Positions 63,201 through 64,000 of a stretch of DNA of 64,000 nt are shown here, in pieces. The DNA lies in IMG/VR virus record IMGVR_UViG_3300037493_001906, positions 54,099-118,098 of that record, one strand, 5' to 3'. Under the pieces are notes generated by a model. That model worked only from the letters and a program-made list of their open reading frames with translations. It searched no databases and was not told the origin of the DNA. The stretch is from a virus. The position numbers and the translations under genes were made by a program. Within the stretch, counting starts at the first letter, position 1, and each line of letters opens with the position of its first letter.

Positions 63201-63861
63201 TATATACACAATAAAAATATTAAAAGATACTCCTTTTGATAAAGCAAATACTATTTTATCTCCAGAAGCATTTAGAATTAAATATTCTTACCTTATTAAT
63301 ACTCATAATTCTGATAAATTTTTAGCTGATTATTTAAATGGTAAATATAAAGAAGACCATTTAGATATAGAATTATCTGATTGGTTTGAAGTAATAGAAA
63401 CACCTATGAATAATTTTAAAGTAGGTGATTGGGTGTGGCATGAAGGTGAAAAGAAAGCATTTACTACTGTTGTTTATAAAAATGATTATGACAAAGAATG
63501 GAGACCTAATTATGCTTCAATAGAAGCTGTTAATAATAATCCTAATACTTGGAAAAGATTAGCTACTAAAGATGAAATAACTTATCATGATTTACATTCC
63601 TTTTGTGATGGTCAAATACTTATAGGACAATATAAATGTTATTATTTTGTAAATGTCTGGAAAGATTTAATTTGTATTCATAAAAATATTACTAAGTATT
63701 TACAATATCAAAAAGAATTTCATGGTGTAAGTATGTTAAAACAATTTTCTTCTGATATAGAGTCAACTTGGGATTGTAAACCTAATGGACTTAAAGTAGG
63801 GTGTAAAGAAATTTCACATGATGATATAATAAAAATTGCAAAACATTTAAAATTAATATAA
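63193..63861 (+). CDS. Hypothetical protein
   Basis: ORF track. Confidence 0.65.
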   Translation: MNNIYTIKILKDTPFDKANTILSPEAFRIKYSYLINTHNSDKFLADYLNGKYKEDHLDIELSDWFEVIETPMNNFKVGDWVWHEGEKKAFTTVVYKNDYDKEWRPNYASIEAVNNNPNTWKRLATKDEITYHDLHSFCDGQILIGQYKCYYFVNVWKDLICIHKNITKYLQYQKEFHGVSMLKQFSSDIESTWDCKPNGLKVGCKEISHDDIIKIAKHLKLI

Positions 63862-63868
63862 AAAAAAG

Positions 63869-63994
63869 ATGAATAAATTTATATGTAGTGAGTGTGGTAC
63901 CAAGTACAGCTCACCAGAATTAACACCTCCTCCAAGTATTAAATGGAGTGATGGTCATGTATGTACACCTAAACCTGTAGACAATGGAAAATGA
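63869..63994 (+). CDS. 41-aa zinc-ribbon micro-protein
   Basis: MNKFICSECGTKYSSPELTPPPSIKWSDGHVCTPKPVDNGK*. Confidence 0.55.
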   Translation: MNKFICSECGTKYSSPELTPPPSIKWSDGHVCTPKPVDNGK

Positions 63995-64000
63995 GTTTAA

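Noticed and set aside
1-64000. Stop-codon reassignment (TAG or TGA), common in some crAss-like clades
   Set aside because: The standard code gives intact terminase, portal, MCP, helicases and primase. TAG and TGA end genes at coupled junctions, and no suppressor tRNA is seen.
1-64000. CRISPR array or diversity-generating retroelement
   Set aside because: No regularly spaced repeat-spacer array, no reverse transcriptase and no TR/VR pair seen. The Cas4-like nuclease is a solo phage gene.

Overview
AT-rich segment of a large tailed-phage genome that most resembles crAss-like (Crassvirales-related) podoviruses of Bacteroidota. This assignment comes from gene order, recognisable motifs, Bacteroidota-type TAnnTTTG promoter elements and A-rich translation starts without Shine-Dalgarno sequences; no database search was run. 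Positions 1-37.2 kb (- strand) hold the late module. In transcription order it runs: tail fibres and GH19 endolysin, IHF-like and Cas4-like genes, terminase, portal, scaffold, major capsid protein, a cluster of tiny basic ORFs, ring/adaptor proteins, Dps-like protein, auxiliary capsid protein, a Cys-rich block and the tail stabilisation protein. Positions 37.4-64 kb (+ strand) hold early and replication genes: host-takeover units, an ncRNA-rich island, degenerate tRNAs, thymidine kinase, SF2 helicase, UDG, histone H1-like protein, a DnaA domain IV protein, DnaB, an AAA ATPase, an SSB-like protein and primase. The standard genetic code fits throughout. Best leads: (1) two different homing endonucleases each sit inside an end of an essential virion gene and carry a recoded copy of that end (a 23-codon C-terminus; the portal's first codons); (2) a structured RNA motif present twice, with twister-like blocks; (3) an attC-like integron-type cassette segment that appears to have split a resident gene; (4) at least 12 protamine-like micro-ORFs plus one acidic partner after the capsid gene; (5) a Cys-rich virion block; (6) G-quadruplex and iteron/promoter repeats at the strand switch; (7) cassette-like gene arrays sharing KQD*/DKQ* boundary sequences.
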